This document shows positions 62,161 to 64,000 of a stretch of 64,000 nucleotides of DNA, piece by piece. The notes under the pieces are model-generated. The model saw only the letters and a program-made list of their open reading frames with translations, had not been told where the DNA came from and made no database searches. The position numbers and the translations under genes are program-made. The DNA comes from the human T2T-CHM13v2.0 reference genome, Homo sapiens. The stretch's first letter is position 1, and every line of letters starts with the position of its first letter. The stretch is taken from the NCBI RefSeq assembly GCF_009914755.1, contig NC_060938.1. The stretch is one strand, 5' to 3'.

Positions 62161-63002
62161 TAATCCCCAGAAGCATCCCCAGCTCCTCGGTCTCCTCACC
62201 CTCCGACTGGGAGACTCCCCAGTCCAGCTTCCCTTTCCACCCTCTCAGAGGGTGGTTCCTGCTTCCCCTCCAACACCACTGGCCTGGGGATGAAGACGTG
62301 TCTTTCTTGTTCCCCTTGGCAACATTGAGACTCTTCCTCCCTGCTTTCTAGAGCCCCCTGTCTTGGACCCACAGGTGTCAACCTAGACATCTTGCTGCCC
62401 ATCGTTGTTAGTCATCAAGGAGTCCCCCAGGCCACTCTCCCCTTCCCCCCTCACTGTCTCCCCAGTTTTTTTCCTGTCTTCATTCTTGCTGATGTCAATG
62501 TCCACATCTCCACAAAGATGATCCTTCTGATACTCAGCCGCTCGCTCCCACGGTCATGTCCTAGACCCGATCACCACCGATAGCCGGAATCTCTTTCATT
62601 TCAGCACCAAACATCCCACTTTCGGCATGCCACTCCCTCTGCTCTACACTTACTAGCCGTCCACAATTCTTCTACCTCCCCTTGGAACTCCAGTAGCTTT
62701 CCCTGGTCCTCACCCATCTTGCATCTTATTTCTCTCCTGGCTCAAATTCCACAGCAAATCATTACAATTATTCACCTGCTACACCCTCAACCCTCTTGTG
62801 TTATGCTCATACTTGCTGGGGGGAAGCCTCTACCCCTACTAAGTCTTCCACACCTGCAACCATACAGGTGAATCCAGCACAGCAAGTCTGGCTGCTCTCG
62901 TCAATTCAAGATCATGAGCCTCCACAGGCCCCATTGTTGCCTGGCAATCCTGCTCCATTTCCGTAATCCATCCTCTCTTATTCCCCTAGACTTCTATTTC
63001 TA

Positions 63003-63432
<430 letters not shown>

Positions 63433-63813
63433 ACTAGAAGCAGTAAGGACAGAACACTCACTGGCTGCCGCCGCCACTCCTGGGACCAGCCAGCACCTGA
63501 GCATGTGTGCTGCCTTCCCTCCCACTCACCCAGCCAACAGCCTGACTCTCAGTAAACATCTCCACTGTGCACTAGTTCCCAAGCCTCCCGCAGTCTCACT
63601 TTGCTCCAGCAGTTCCCCCCTCCTCCTACTTCTTCTACTGAATCATTCCCACCACTATACAATGTGTTATTTTTCCCGTCTTAACCACTTTCACCTCCAA
63701 TTACTCTTCCAGAGAGCTGTTTTTGCCCACTGGCTCCAATTCCTCTCCTGTCATTCTCTCTGGAGCCTATTCCAGTCTGGCCACCTGCACATGGCTTAAA
63801 CCATGGCTAATTT

Positions 63814-63944
63814 GGCTGGGCGCAGTGGCTCGTGCCTCAAGTGAAAGAGAGATAGAGAGGGAGATAGAGAGAGAGGAAGGAAGGTAGAAAAGAGAGAGGA
63901 AGGAAGGAAGGAAGGAGGGAGGGAGAGAGAGAGAGAGAGAGAGC
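63814..63944 (+). mobile_element. Alu remnant: first ~25 nt plus a GA-rich tail
   Basis: ggctgggcgcagtggctcgtgcct|caa followed by (GA/GGAA)n; TSD aaccatggctMatt. Confidence 0.75.
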
Positions 63945-64000
63945 AACCATGGCTCATTCACAGTTGTCATCTTTCTTGACCACATCAACACTGGTTCCTC

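Overview
Primate (almost certainly human) euchromatic DNA dense in Alu, MIR, L2 and old L1 repeats. It contains no intact protein-coding exon, and essentially all ORFs in the supplied track are repeat-derived or chance ORFs. The main landmarks are: (1) a CpG-island promoter with a non-coding first exon (~29595-29694, donor GTG|GTGAGC) and a 63-nt non-coding second exon (61226-61288) about 31.5 kb downstream. From recall this layout matches the 5' end of TMEM63C (14q24.3, downstream of ZDHHC22), whose coding exons would lie beyond the window. (2) A minus-strand processed pseudogene of FAM204A (~19643-21496) that carries two later Alu insertions and lacks an internal ~119-nt block of the parent CDS. 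(3) A near-consensus REST/RE1 site in intron 1 (56655-56675). Notable observations are an exon-junction-spanning uORF coupled to a NAGNAG acceptor, a 41-bp-stem palindrome built inside a MER47A element, several local templated duplications, and multiple rearranged Alus. I found no evidence for a wholly new multi-gene system. Locus and repeat-family names come from memory, not from a database search, and repeat boundaries are approximate.
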